Source of the DNA: Candidatus Ornithomonoglobus sp.
GTDB lineage: Bacteria > Bacillota > Clostridia > UBA1381
Assembly: GCA_045539555.1 (NCBI GenBank)
Contig: JAZQFP010000019.1
Coordinates: 1-55,774 of the forward strand
DNA: 55,774 bases
Direction of reading: 5' to 3'
Part shown: one piece after another, positions 30,080 through 38,423 of the stretch
How the letters are laid out: each line of letters opens with the position of its first letter
How positions within the stretch are numbered: the stretch's first letter is position 1
Translations under genes and position numbers: made by a program
Notes under the pieces: model-generated
The model's input: the letters and a program-made list of their open reading frames with translations, nothing else
Told to the model about the DNA's origin: nothing
The model's database searches: none

Positions 30080-30111
30080 AACTATCTTTCCTTTCTATAT
30101 GAAATCACATA

Positions 30112-31212
30112 TTAGTCCATGTAACCCTTTGCTGTAAGCAATTCTGCAAGAAGTACTGCACCACCTGCGGCACCTCTTAGGGTATTATGGCTCATTGAAA
30201 CCATTTTATAATCATACTGTGTTGACTCTCTTAAACGTCCGCAAGAAATTGCCATTCCGCCGTCTATCTCACGAGCTGTTTTAATCTGGGGCTGTGTGGG
30301 CTCCTCTGCCTCTGTATGAACGTATAAGAACTGCTTGGGAGCATGGGGAAGTTCAAGCTTCTGGGGCTCACCCTTAAACTCACGCCACATTGCTTCAATC
30401 TCCTCAACTGAGGGCTTATTAACGCCATCCTTAAATGAGAAGAATATAGCCGCTGTATGTCCGTCAGATACGGGTACACGATATGTCTGACACTCAATCT
30501 GTAACTCTGTTGAGGGAACGATTTCTTTGCCGTCTACCTTACCTAAAATCTTGTTAGGCTCAACCTCTGACTTCATTTCCTCGCCACCAATGTAGGGAAT
30601 CAGGTTATCTACCATCTCGGGCCATGTCTCAAATGTCTTACCTGCACCTGAAATTGCCTGATATGTTGTAACTAAGGCATGGTCAATGGGATATTTAGCG
30701 TTAACTACTGCCATTGCAGGTAGGTATGACTGCAATGAACAGTTTGACTTAACCGCAACAAAGCCACGCTTTGTGCCAAGTCTTTCTCTCTGTGCAGGAA
30801 TAATCTCCAAGTGCTCGGGGTTAATCTCAGGGATAATCATAGGAACATCAGGAGTATGACGGTGTGCACTGTTGTTTGAAACAACAGGACATTCTGCCTT
30901 TGCATATCTCTCTTCAAGAGCCTTAATCTCATCCTTTTTCATATCAACTGCACAGAAAACAAAATCTACCATTCCAGCAATTTTCTCAACATCTTCTGTT
31001 GCATTCATAACTATCATATCTTTAACATTTGCAGGGATATCCATATCCATACACCACTTTGCTCCAACCGCTTCTGTGTATGTCTTACCCGCACTTCTGG
31101 GAGATGCTGCAAGAACTGTGATGTCATACCAGGGATGATCAAACAATAATGTAATAAATCTCTGGCCAACCATTCCTGTTGCACCGATAATACCAACCTT
31201 ATACTTTTTCAT
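30112..31212 (-). CDS. asd: Aspartate-semialdehyde dehydrogenase
   Basis: 366 aa. IIGATGMVGQ and the active-site Cys in KSNCSLQS. Confidence 0.92.
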   Translation of the reverse strand: MKKYKVGIIGATGMVGQRFITLLFDHPWYDITVLAASPRSAGKTYTEAVGAKWCMDMDIPANVKDMIVMNATEDVEKIAGMVDFVFCAVDMKKDEIKALEERYAKAECPVVSNNSAHRHTPDVPMIIPEINPEHLEIIPAQRERLGTKRGFVAVKSNCSLQSYLPAMAVVNAKYPIDHALVTTYQAISGAGKTFETWPEMVDNLIPYIGGEEMKSEVEPNKILGKVDGKEIVPSTELQIECQTYRVPVSDGHTAAIFFSFKDGVNKPSVEEIEAMWREFKGEPQKLELPHAPKQFLYVHTEAEEPTQPQIKTAREIDGGMAISCGRLRESTQYDYKMVSMSHNTLRGAAGGAVLLAELLTAKGYMD

Positions 31213-31227
31213 TTTTCCGTACCTCTT

Positions 31228-31294
31228 TTCTAAAAAATAAAAGCAACAGCTTAGTGCTATTGCCTCTTAATAAACAATGTTTAAGGATAGCACT
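31228..31294 (-). terminator. Expression platform / terminator of the lysine riboswitch
   Basis: AGTGCTAT...ATAGCACT 8-bp stem plus a small AAGC-TGTT-GCTT hairpin, followed by TTTTATTTTTT. The 5' arm is a second copy of GGAGTGCTATC, which also closes the aptamer, so the two pairings are mutually exclusive. Confidence 0.65.
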
Positions 31295-31299
31295 CCACT

Positions 31300-31470
31300 T
31301 TTGGTGAAGATAGCACTCCACCTTTTAGTGACAGTCATACTGTTATTAGCAGCATAACCAGCATAACTTTTGCGAAAAGTTACACTTCGGCGTTTTCCCC
31401 TTTCTCTGTGCTTCAACGATTACGCATCTCTCCCCACAGGTACTCTTGAATTACGCGCCTCTACCTGAAT
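31300..31470 (-). promoter_or_regulatory. Lysine riboswitch (L-box) aptamer
   Basis: The minus-strand RNA carries the L-box landmarks in order: GGTAGAGGCGCG, TTCAAGAGTA, GGGGAGAGA, GAAAGGGGAAAACGCCGAAG, GCTGG, ACTGTCAC, GGTGGAGTGCT. It sits upstream of asd-dapA-dapB. Confidence 0.85.
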
Positions 31471-31494
31471 AGATAATATTCACTTGTTACTATA

Positions 31495-31522
31495 ATATTA
31501 ACACGGTTTATGGTTTGTGTCA
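31495..31522 (-). promoter_or_regulatory. Candidate promoter of the L-box / asd operon
   Basis: TTGACA, 16-nt spacer, TAATAT, about 25 nt upstream of the aptamer. Confidence 0.5.
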
Positions 31523-31634
31523 AGAGTTTTGGTAATATTTCTCCCTTGTGTGCAAAAAACTGTGTACCTTGTATTGATTTTAATAGCAAATTGCATTATA
31601 ATATTTATAAAAACTTTACAAAGGATAAAATTTA

Positions 31635-33941
31635 ATGAAAATAACCCCTATAAAAGTTGCAATATCGGTAGTGTTGGGCGTGGTGCTGACCGAGACTTTT
31701 AATATAAATATTATAGCCTTTGCTGTTGCGACTGCAATAATTCTTAGTATTATTTATTCCATAAAGGTGAAGCGCATTGAGATAAGCTTTTTGCTTCTTG
31801 CCGCTGCATTCTCCCTTTCGTCTTTGTCATACGCTTACTGCGTAGGCAACATCCATCACCCATCCATAGATTTTATCGGTCATGAGGTTACCCTGTCAGG
31901 AGAAATTATATCTCCTTCACAGGAAAACGCTTATAGCGATAATTACAAGTATCAGCTTAAATTAAGCTCTATAACTAACGAGACCCGCGAAGTTAAATCT
32001 ATGGAAACAATTCTTGTTACCAGTCCCCAGTTAATTCCCTGTGGAGCTAATGTTTCATTAACTGGTGAAATTAAAAACTTCCCGACACAAATGAACGAAA
32101 ACGGTTTTGACACAGAAAAATATTATAAATCCTGCGATATTTTTACCAAGATTTATAGCGAGGACATTTCTGTAATCTCAACGGATAGTCCCAGCATTTA
32201 TTCTCTTAAAGGAAGAATATCAGAATTTATTGACGGTATAATCCATAAACACTATTCGGGGGACAATGCCGCTATTTTGTCAGCTCTCTTAACAGGAAAC
32301 AAGCACCATTTCAGTGCAGAGTATGAAGATGTCCTTGACCATACGACTTTTGAGAGATTCTTTCATCCTGCATACTTGCATATCTGGTTAATTCTCGCCC
32401 TTGTGGGACTTGTTAAGAGATTTGTTCCCCGTAAGGTCCGCGATATATTTATTGTTTTAATTTTCCTTGTCTATGCAATGATGCAATCAGGGGGAATAGG
32501 GTTTTCCAGATGCCTTATTTGTGCCGCTTTTGCCATACTTTTCAGGCTTCGCTATGGTAGCGCGTATTATCCCGACACCATGGCAACTGTGGTAACCTTA
32601 GCTATTTTAACAATGCCTACAATTATCCACAATGCAGGTTTTGTACTGTCAATACTTGGCGGAATGCTTGTATGGGCTTTTGCTCCTTTTCTTGCGAGAA
32701 AACTGATGATTTTACCTAAGTTTATCCGTCATGCAGTTGCGGTAATTATTGTTTGTGCAGTTTTATATACACCCTTTTCAATGATTTATTTTAATGGTTT
32801 GTGTATATATTCATTTATTGTTCCCCTTATAGTCGCACCGCTGATTGTATGTGTGCTTATAACGGGACCGCTGACACTATTACTTATGGAAGTGTTTGGT
32901 GGTGCACCCATTTTCTCATGGTTAACGAATATAGTAATATCGGTGTTCTACAAGCTGCCTTATTTTATATGGAAACTACCCCTTTCTCATATAAATGTCC
33001 GCACTCCCACAATCATTGAAATAATTGCATATCTATCGGGAGTGTTTTTACTCTATTACATAATTCGTAAGCGCAAAAATCATATAAAGTTCTTTTCTGC
33101 CATTCTTTCAGGAACTGTACTGACTTTAATAATTTTGGCTTTTACGCGTATAGGAACGGCAGAATTCACTTTTGTTAATGTGGACCACGGCGATGGAGCA
33201 ATTATTCATACGCCCTACCACGAAACAATCGTTATTGACGGTGGCGGCGGTAACTCCTGGTCGAGTTATAACCCTGGTAAGCTTTATTTTGTTCCTTATG
33301 TTGAGTCCAATGGCTATAATCACATTGATACGGCGATTGTTTCCCACTATCATCAGGACCATATTGAGGGAATTATAAACATGCTTAAAAGTGTCAGGGT
33401 TGACAGAATTATTGCACCCGCTATCTGTGATTATTATAGCGAGTCTATGATGGAATGGGTCCAGAAACTTAAATCTGCCGCCAAGGATAACGGAGCAGAA
33501 ATCTGCTATATCTCCGAAAATACCCGTTTTACATTCGATAGCGGTCTTGTCATTGATGTCTACGCGTCAGATAATTCATTAGGCGAACTTAACGAAAATG
33601 ATACCACCATGCCCGTCAAGGTAACATATGGAAGCTTCTCTTCTCTATATACGGGCGACTTATCTATGGAGGGAGAGAAGTCCCTTGTTAAACGCGCCGA
33701 TGTGGACACAGATGTATTAAAGGTTTCTCATCACGGCTCACGAAATTCTTCCTGCGAAGAGTTTATTTCTGCCGTAAGCCCTGAAATAGCAGTAATCAGT
33801 TGCGGTACTGATAATGTCTACGGACATCCCCACAAAGAAACTCTCGAAAGGTTACAGAGTGCAGAGGTTCTACGTACAGATTTAATGAAAGATATAAAGA
33901 TAACCGTAAAAAAAGACGGCTCTTATAAAGTAAAAAGGTGA
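31635..33941 (+). CDS. comEC: DNA internalisation competence protein ComEC/Rec2 (membrane channel plus metallo-beta-lactamase domain)
   Basis: 768 aa. Many TM helices. C-terminal MBL motif VSHYHQDHIEG ... KVSHHGS. Confidence 0.88.
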   Translation: MKITPIKVAISVVLGVVLTETFNINIIAFAVATAIILSIIYSIKVKRIEISFLLLAAAFSLSSLSYAYCVGNIHHPSIDFIGHEVTLSGEIISPSQENAYSDNYKYQLKLSSITNETREVKSMETILVTSPQLIPCGANVSLTGEIKNFPTQMNENGFDTEKYYKSCDIFTKIYSEDISVISTDSPSIYSLKGRISEFIDGIIHKHYSGDNAAILSALLTGNKHHFSAEYEDVLDHTTFERFFHPAYLHIWLILALVGLVKRFVPRKVRDIFIVLIFLVYAMMQSGGIGFSRCLICAAFAILFRLRYGSAYYPDTMATVVTLAILTMPTIIHNAGFVLSILGGMLVWAFAPFLARKLMILPKFIRHAVAVIIVCAVLYTPFSMIYFNGLCIYSFIVPLIVAPLIVCVLITGPLTLLLMEVFGGAPIFSWLTNIVISVFYKLPYFIWKLPLSHINVRTPTIIEIIAYLSGVFLLYYIIRKRKNHIKFFSAILSGTVLTLIILAFTRIGTAEFTFVNVDHGDGAIIHTPYHETIVIDGGGGNSWSSYNPGKLYFVPYVESNGYNHIDTAIVSHYHQDHIEGIINMLKSVRVDRIIAPAICDYYSESMMEWVQKLKSAAKDNGAEICYISENTRFTFDSGLVIDVYASDNSLGELNENDTTMPVKVTYGSFSSLYTGDLSMEGEKSLVKRADVDTDVLKVSHHGSRNSSCEEFISAVSPEIAVISCGTDNVYGHPHKETLERLQSAEVLRTDLMKDIKITVKKDGSYKVKR

Positions 33942-33975
33942 AAGGTCCCATAAGGTCCTTCCACCTTTATTTTAT
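33934..33975. terminator. Imperfect bidirectional hairpin between convergent comEC and the isochorismatase gene
   Basis: AAAGGTGAAAGGTCC...GGTCCTTCCACCTTT followed by ATTTTA. It overlaps the comEC stop. Confidence 0.5.
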
Positions 33976-34493
33976 ACCAAAACCTGACATGATGCCAGAA
34001 CTTCAAGTGCCGCGTTATGCTTTTCGGGTGTTACACCTGCACAGCAATTTTTATCAACTGAAATCGTAATTTCAGGAAAATTCGCTTTAAGCAGTAAGGC
34101 ATTTGAAATAACACAAATGTCTGTGCATAAGCCTATAAGCTCAATCTCCATATCCTCTATATTATGATTATCCGCTATAATCTCGGGCAAATCTACCGAG
34201 CCAAAGGTTGGTTTTTTAACAGATATATATTCTTTATCTTCAAGAGCCTTAGCAATTTCACAATCAAGCTCCCATCCGTCAGTACCCATTATACAATGGG
34301 GCACGGGCAATTTTTTGCCCTCCGCCGTTTCCATATAGTCCTCATCGTGAGTATCGTATGTTACATAAATTGTTCCGTTAAAATTCCTGATTTTCTCGAC
34401 TGCATTTGGAATTATAGCCTGGGCCTCAGGAGTGCCAAGACTACCGTCAACAAAGTCCTTTTGCATGTCAACAACTATAAGTATCTTTTCCAT
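33972..34493 (-). CDS. Isochorismatase-family cysteine hydrolase (nicotinamidase-like)
   Basis: ILIVVDMQKDFVDGSLG and the catalytic Cys in GLCTDICV. ATG 34493 lies behind AAGGAGAG. The track start at 34517 overlaps rodA. Confidence 0.82.
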   Translation of the reverse strand: MEKILIVVDMQKDFVDGSLGTPEAQAIIPNAVEKIRNFNGTIYVTYDTHDEDYMETAEGKKLPVPHCIMGTDGWELDCEIAKALEDKEYISVKKPTFGSVDLPEIIADNHNIEDMEIELIGLCTDICVISNALLLKANFPEITISVDKNCCAGVTPEKHNAALEVLASCQVLV

Positions 34494-34503
34494 TTTTCTC
34501 TCC

Positions 34504-35652
34504 TTAGTACACGTCAACGCGAAGTCGCGGTTTATTATGATAAGTTACACTCAGTACCAGTCCTATTGCCGTCATATTCGTTACCAACGATGTACCGCCG
34601 TAGCTTATAAATGGTAAAGGAATTCCCGTTACAGGCATAAGACCAATACACATTCCCACATTCTCAAATACGTGGAACAACAGCATTGCACCAACACCCG
34701 TACAAATATATCTGCCAAAAGCATTGTCCGCTTTTCTTGCCGCCGTAAAACATCTCCATATAACTGCAAAAAGAAGACATACAACTAAGATTGAGCCGAT
34801 AAACCCAAACTCCTCCGATAAAACGCTAAATATAAAGTCCGTGCTTTTTGTAGGAAGATATCCCATCTGGTTCTGCGTTCCCTGCAAATATCCTCTGCCC
34901 CAAAGCTCACCTGAGCCCACGGCAATCTTTGACTGAATAACATTGTATCCGTCACCCAGGGGATCTATCATAGGATCAATAAATACGTTTATTCTCTGTC
35001 TTTGATAATCACTCAAAACAAAATTATATATTAAAGGCAGGGATATCACGCCCAGACCTAAGACCGCCAAAACATATTTATATGAAATCTTTGCCACAAA
35101 CACCATACAGGCAAACATAAACATAAATACCAAAGCAGACCCAAGGTCAGGCTCCATCATAATAAGAATAAGCAAAATTCCTACATGGACCAATAACCCC
35201 AACACTACTTTTATATCGTTTATTTTATCCTCAACCTTTTGCAAATGGTATGAAAAAGTTAAAATAAAGCAAATTTTTGCCAATTCCGCTGGTTGCACTC
35301 CAATGGGGCCAAATCTGATCCAGCTCTTTGCACCCCAATCACCCGCAGTACCAAATATAAGAACTATTATAAGTATTGCAACGGCAAAAATATAAATATA
35401 TTTTACTGCGTTAGAAAACTGCTCGTAATCGAAGAAGCACAGGAATAGCATTAGGCCAAGTCCTATTATAAAAGCACCCGACTGTACTATTACATTTGTG
35501 TTTGTACCAGTTGTTCTTGTTGCAGAATAGATTATTACAATGCCTATAACCGCAATAAGAATGGTAAGTCCAAAAAGCAACCAGTCAAATTCCTTTGACA
35601 CGACACCTCTTGACCCGTAGCTTTTCATTTTTCGTCTGCTCAATTTAATCAA
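34504..35652 (-). CDS. FtsW/RodA/SpoVE family peptidoglycan glycosyltransferase
   Basis: 382 aa, about 10 TM helices. SEDS motifs (GAKSWIRFGPIGVQPAELAK, PTKSTDFIFSVLSEEFGF, GIPLPFISYGGTS). Confidence 0.9.
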   Translation of the reverse strand: MIKLSRRKMKSYGSRGVVSKEFDWLLFGLTILIAVIGIVIIYSATRTTGTNTNVIVQSGAFIIGLGLMLFLCFFDYEQFSNAVKYIYIFAVAILIIVLIFGTAGDWGAKSWIRFGPIGVQPAELAKICFILTFSYHLQKVEDKINDIKVVLGLLVHVGILLILIMMEPDLGSALVFMFMFACMVFVAKISYKYVLAVLGLGVISLPLIYNFVLSDYQRQRINVFIDPMIDPLGDGYNVIQSKIAVGSGELWGRGYLQGTQNQMGYLPTKSTDFIFSVLSEEFGFIGSILVVCLLFAVIWRCFTAARKADNAFGRYICTGVGAMLLFHVFENVGMCIGLMPVTGIPLPFISYGGTSLVTNMTAIGLVLSVTYHNKPRLRVDVY

Positions 35653-35660
35653 CCTCTGTT

Positions 35661-36188
35661 TTAATCTTTGCAGTAGCTCACAAGTTCAGCTATTGCATTT
35701 TTATCCGTAAAATCTCCGTTTGCATCACATAGCTCAACCAACAACTTCTCCATCTCTGTGGGGTTTTCTTTTCCCTGCATAAGCTTTTTAAGAGATTTTA
35801 TGGCCGTTCTATGTACTATTGAAAGCTCATCAAGTATCATTTTGCCTACAAAATTATAAATCTTCATATTGTCAGGTACGCCTGACTTGAAGTTTTTTTC
35901 TATAACTAATTTGTCATAGTATTCCCTGTACTCCATAGGGGTAATTCCTGTTGTATAGACCACAAGCTTTTTATCTTTGAGCTTATCTATATTCTTTGTT
36001 ATAAGGGTAATACCGTTTATGACCTCAGCATACAAGCCCCCGCCGTAAATTATAGTGTCATATTGCACCAAATCGTCTATTTTAACGGTCTTTGCATCCA
36101 CCGCCTGACAGCCCAGTTCCTCTGCTATCCATTGTGCATAGGTCTTTGTTGAGCCATATTTTGTTTTATAAACTACAATTATGCTCAT
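35661..36188 (-). CDS. Flavodoxin-domain protein
   Basis: MSIIVVYKTKYGSTKTYAQWIA (FMN phosphate loop), 175 aa. Confidence 0.7.
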   Translation of the reverse strand: MSIIVVYKTKYGSTKTYAQWIAEELGCQAVDAKTVKIDDLVQYDTIIYGGGLYAEVINGITLITKNIDKLKDKKLVVYTTGITPMEYREYYDKLVIEKNFKSGVPDNMKIYNFVGKMILDELSIVHRTAIKSLKKLMQGKENPTEMEKLLVELCDANGDFTDKNAIAELVSYCKD

Positions 36189-36248
36189 ATTCTGTCCTCC
36201 AATTTAATTTTCTAATTAAATTATATGATGAGATCTGCAAAATTTTAA

Positions 36249-37607
36249 CTATACTCTCTCCAAAGAACACACAGCCTCTATATGAGATGTATGGGGGAAC
36301 ATATCAACGCCAATGCATTTGGTGGGGGTATATCCTAATTCACTTAAAAACTTCGCATCTCTTGCCAATGTCGCCACATTACATGATACATATACTATTC
36401 TCTTTGGCTCTGCACTTGCAATTGCTTTTAATGTCGCCTCATCGCTGCCTTTTCTCGGTGGGTCAAGTATTACAATGTCTGGCTTTAACCCCTCGTAAAT
36501 CAGCTTAGGGACGGCATTTTCTGCACTGTCGGCAAAAAACTTTGCATTTGTTATATCGTTATTTTTTGCATTCTTTTTCGCGTCCTCAATAGCTTGTTCT
36601 ACTATCTCAACACCTGTTACAACTTTCGCTTTTTTTGCCGCCGCAAGAGAAATTGTGCCTATTCCGCAGTACACGTCAAGAACATTGTCATTCTCTGTAA
36701 TCTCTGCAAACTCCAATGCCTTGCCATATAATTTCTCTGTCATAACAGGGTTTATTTGATAAAAACTATGGGGTGAAATCTCGAATTCTATTCCACACAA
36801 TGTATCCGTAATTACGCTTTTGCCATAAACTAACTTGTTTTCAAGCCCCAAAACCGAATTTCCACGGCTCTCATTTATGTTTATATAAATTGATACAATT
36901 TTCTCTGAAACTTCTCTCAATTTCTCCACTAAAATTTCTATGCTCGGCAATGATTTTCCGTTAATTGAGATTACCACCATAATCTCACCTGAAACCTTAC
37001 CATCACGGATAAATACACGACGAACTAAACCTTTATGTTTTTCCTCGTCATAAACGGTTACATTAGCCTCGGCCATATATTCTTTTACCGCGTCTACAAT
37101 TTTACTATTTATCTCACTTCCCACCATACAGTCATCCACAGGGATAATCTCATGGGAACGCTTTGCATAAAAACCGCTCTGCACCTCGCCATTTTTACCA
37201 AGACCAATGGGAAAAATGCACTTGTTTCGATATCTCTCGGGGGTATCCATTCCTATAACGTCATCACACACTATGCCCTTAAACCCACCAATTCTCTCCA
37301 TAGCAGATACTATAAAGCCCTTTTTTATATCAAGTTGAGAATTATAGTCTATATGTTGAAGATGACATCCGCCACATCTCTTGTAAACGGGGCACACGGG
37401 TTCTATACGCATAGGAGAGGGAGTAATAATATTGAGAACTCGTCCTATTGCATACCGCGAAAGAACTTTCACTACCACAATTTCTACAATATCACCTGTA
37501 ACGGACATAGGAACAAAAACAGTAAACCCGTCAACTGTGCCGATGCCGTTTCCATCCGAGGATACGCCTGTTATTTCAATTTTATAATGTGCATTTTTCT
37601 CAACCAT
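36249..37607 (-). CDS. rlmD: 23S rRNA (uracil-5-)-methyltransferase RlmD/RumA family (TRAM, Fe-S Cys cluster, SAM MTase)
   Basis: N-terminal TRAM domain. Cys cluster CPVYKRCGGCHLQH. SAM motif VLDVYCGIGT. Catalytic Cys in VYVSCN. Confidence 0.88.
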   Translation of the reverse strand: MVEKNAHYKIEITGVSSDGNGIGTVDGFTVFVPMSVTGDIVEIVVVKVLSRYAIGRVLNIITPSPMRIEPVCPVYKRCGGCHLQHIDYNSQLDIKKGFIVSAMERIGGFKGIVCDDVIGMDTPERYRNKCIFPIGLGKNGEVQSGFYAKRSHEIIPVDDCMVGSEINSKIVDAVKEYMAEANVTVYDEEKHKGLVRRVFIRDGKVSGEIMVVISINGKSLPSIEILVEKLREVSEKIVSIYININESRGNSVLGLENKLVYGKSVITDTLCGIEFEISPHSFYQINPVMTEKLYGKALEFAEITENDNVLDVYCGIGTISLAAAKKAKVVTGVEIVEQAIEDAKKNAKNNDITNAKFFADSAENAVPKLIYEGLKPDIVILDPPRKGSDEATLKAIASAEPKRIVYVSCNVATLARDAKFLSELGYTPTKCIGVDMFPHTSHIEAVCSLERV

Positions 37608-37639
37608 AGCTATCCTCCCTCAAAATTTTCTATACATAT

Positions 37640-37668
37640 ATTTTACACCATACAGGAGATTTTTTCAA
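37640..37668 (-). promoter_or_regulatory. SigA-type promoter for the rlmD string
   Basis: TTGAAA, 17-nt spacer, TAAAAT, about 30 nt upstream of the rlmD ATG. Confidence 0.55.
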
Positions 37669-37718
37669 TATAAAACTACATCTTTTCCGTTCTAAGGGAT
37701 GAAAAAAAGGGATGCAGA

Positions 37719-37797
37719 ACAACCGAAACGAAGCAAAACTCTGTTTTGCCTTGCCCGATGGTGTATGTTTATACTCCGAGCGGTTCGTTTCGTTTGT
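37719..37797. other. Long imperfect hairpin of unknown function in the pduT-rlmD spacer
   Basis: ACAACCGAAACGAA (37719-37732) pairs with TTCGTTTCGTTTGT (37784-37797), 14 bp with one mismatch. It encloses a 7-bp hairpin GCAAAAC-TCT-GTTTTGC (37733-37749). Confidence 0.4.
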
Positions 37798-37805
37798 AGC
37801 CCAAC

Positions 37806-37833
37806 AAAAAAACTGCACTAAGTGCAGTTTTTT
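37806..37833. terminator. Bidirectional intrinsic terminator ending the BMC operon
   Basis: AAAAAAACTGCAC-TAA-GTGCAGTTTTTT, 30 nt after the pduT-like stop. Confidence 0.85.
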
Positions 37834-37864
37834 CAGGCGTTCTGCGCCCTTTTTACATTCCGTA

Positions 37865-38410
37865 TTAAAGCACGGCTTCCCATAATTCTTCATGAGGATT
37901 TGCAATAACCTCTGTGTTAATCAAAACACCCTGCTCTGCTGCAAGTAGACCACCTGCATCAACTGCTGCGCGGACATCACTTACATCACCTGTTAGTGTT
38001 ACAAAGCACTTTCCTGCAAGGCCTCGTGCTACACGAACTTCAATTAGCTCGATATAGCCCGACTTAACTGCCGCATCAGCAGCCTCAATGGCACTTGCTG
38101 CTGTAAATGTCTCAATTATACCCAAAGCTCGTTTTTTCTTTACATCAACTGCACCATGGATAGCCTCAAATACATTCTTGCTCAGGTTTCCTATTACAAA
38201 TGTATCAATCAACGCGTCCTCTGCAACAACCTTTGCACGATCAACTGACGCTTTAATCGCTGACAACTCACCGCCAACGATTGTAACGAACTTACCGGGA
38301 CAAACTGAACCGGAGCTTAGAAGTGTTATTCCTGCACTCTTTAGCATTTCGTCGGTTACAACAATACCTTTTGATACATTTTTAACCTCGACTAATCCTA
38401 TTGAATTCAT
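37865..38410 (-). CDS. pduT: BMC-T shell protein (tandem BMC domains, PduT-like, with Fe-S-ligand Cys)
   Basis: 181 aa. Two BMC repeats (IGLVEV... and LGIIETFTAASAIEAADAAVK...). Cys in SSGSVCPGKF, at the position PduT uses for its pore 4Fe-4S. Confidence 0.85.
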   Translation of the reverse strand: MNSIGLVEVKNVSKGIVVTDEMLKSAGITLLSSGSVCPGKFVTIVGGELSAIKASVDRAKVVAEDALIDTFVIGNLSKNVFEAIHGAVDVKKKRALGIIETFTAASAIEAADAAVKSGYIELIEVRVARGLAGKCFVTLTGDVSDVRAAVDAGGLLAAEQGVLINTEVIANPHEELWEAVL

Positions 38411-38423
38411 TACATCTCACCTC

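Noticed and set aside
37630-37905. 91-aa minus-strand ORF spanning the pduT-rlmD spacer
   Set aside because: It runs through a strong bidirectional terminator and the rlmD promoter, overlaps the pduT-like stop, has no RBS and gives an odd Cys/Phe/Lys-rich product. I treat the region as non-coding.
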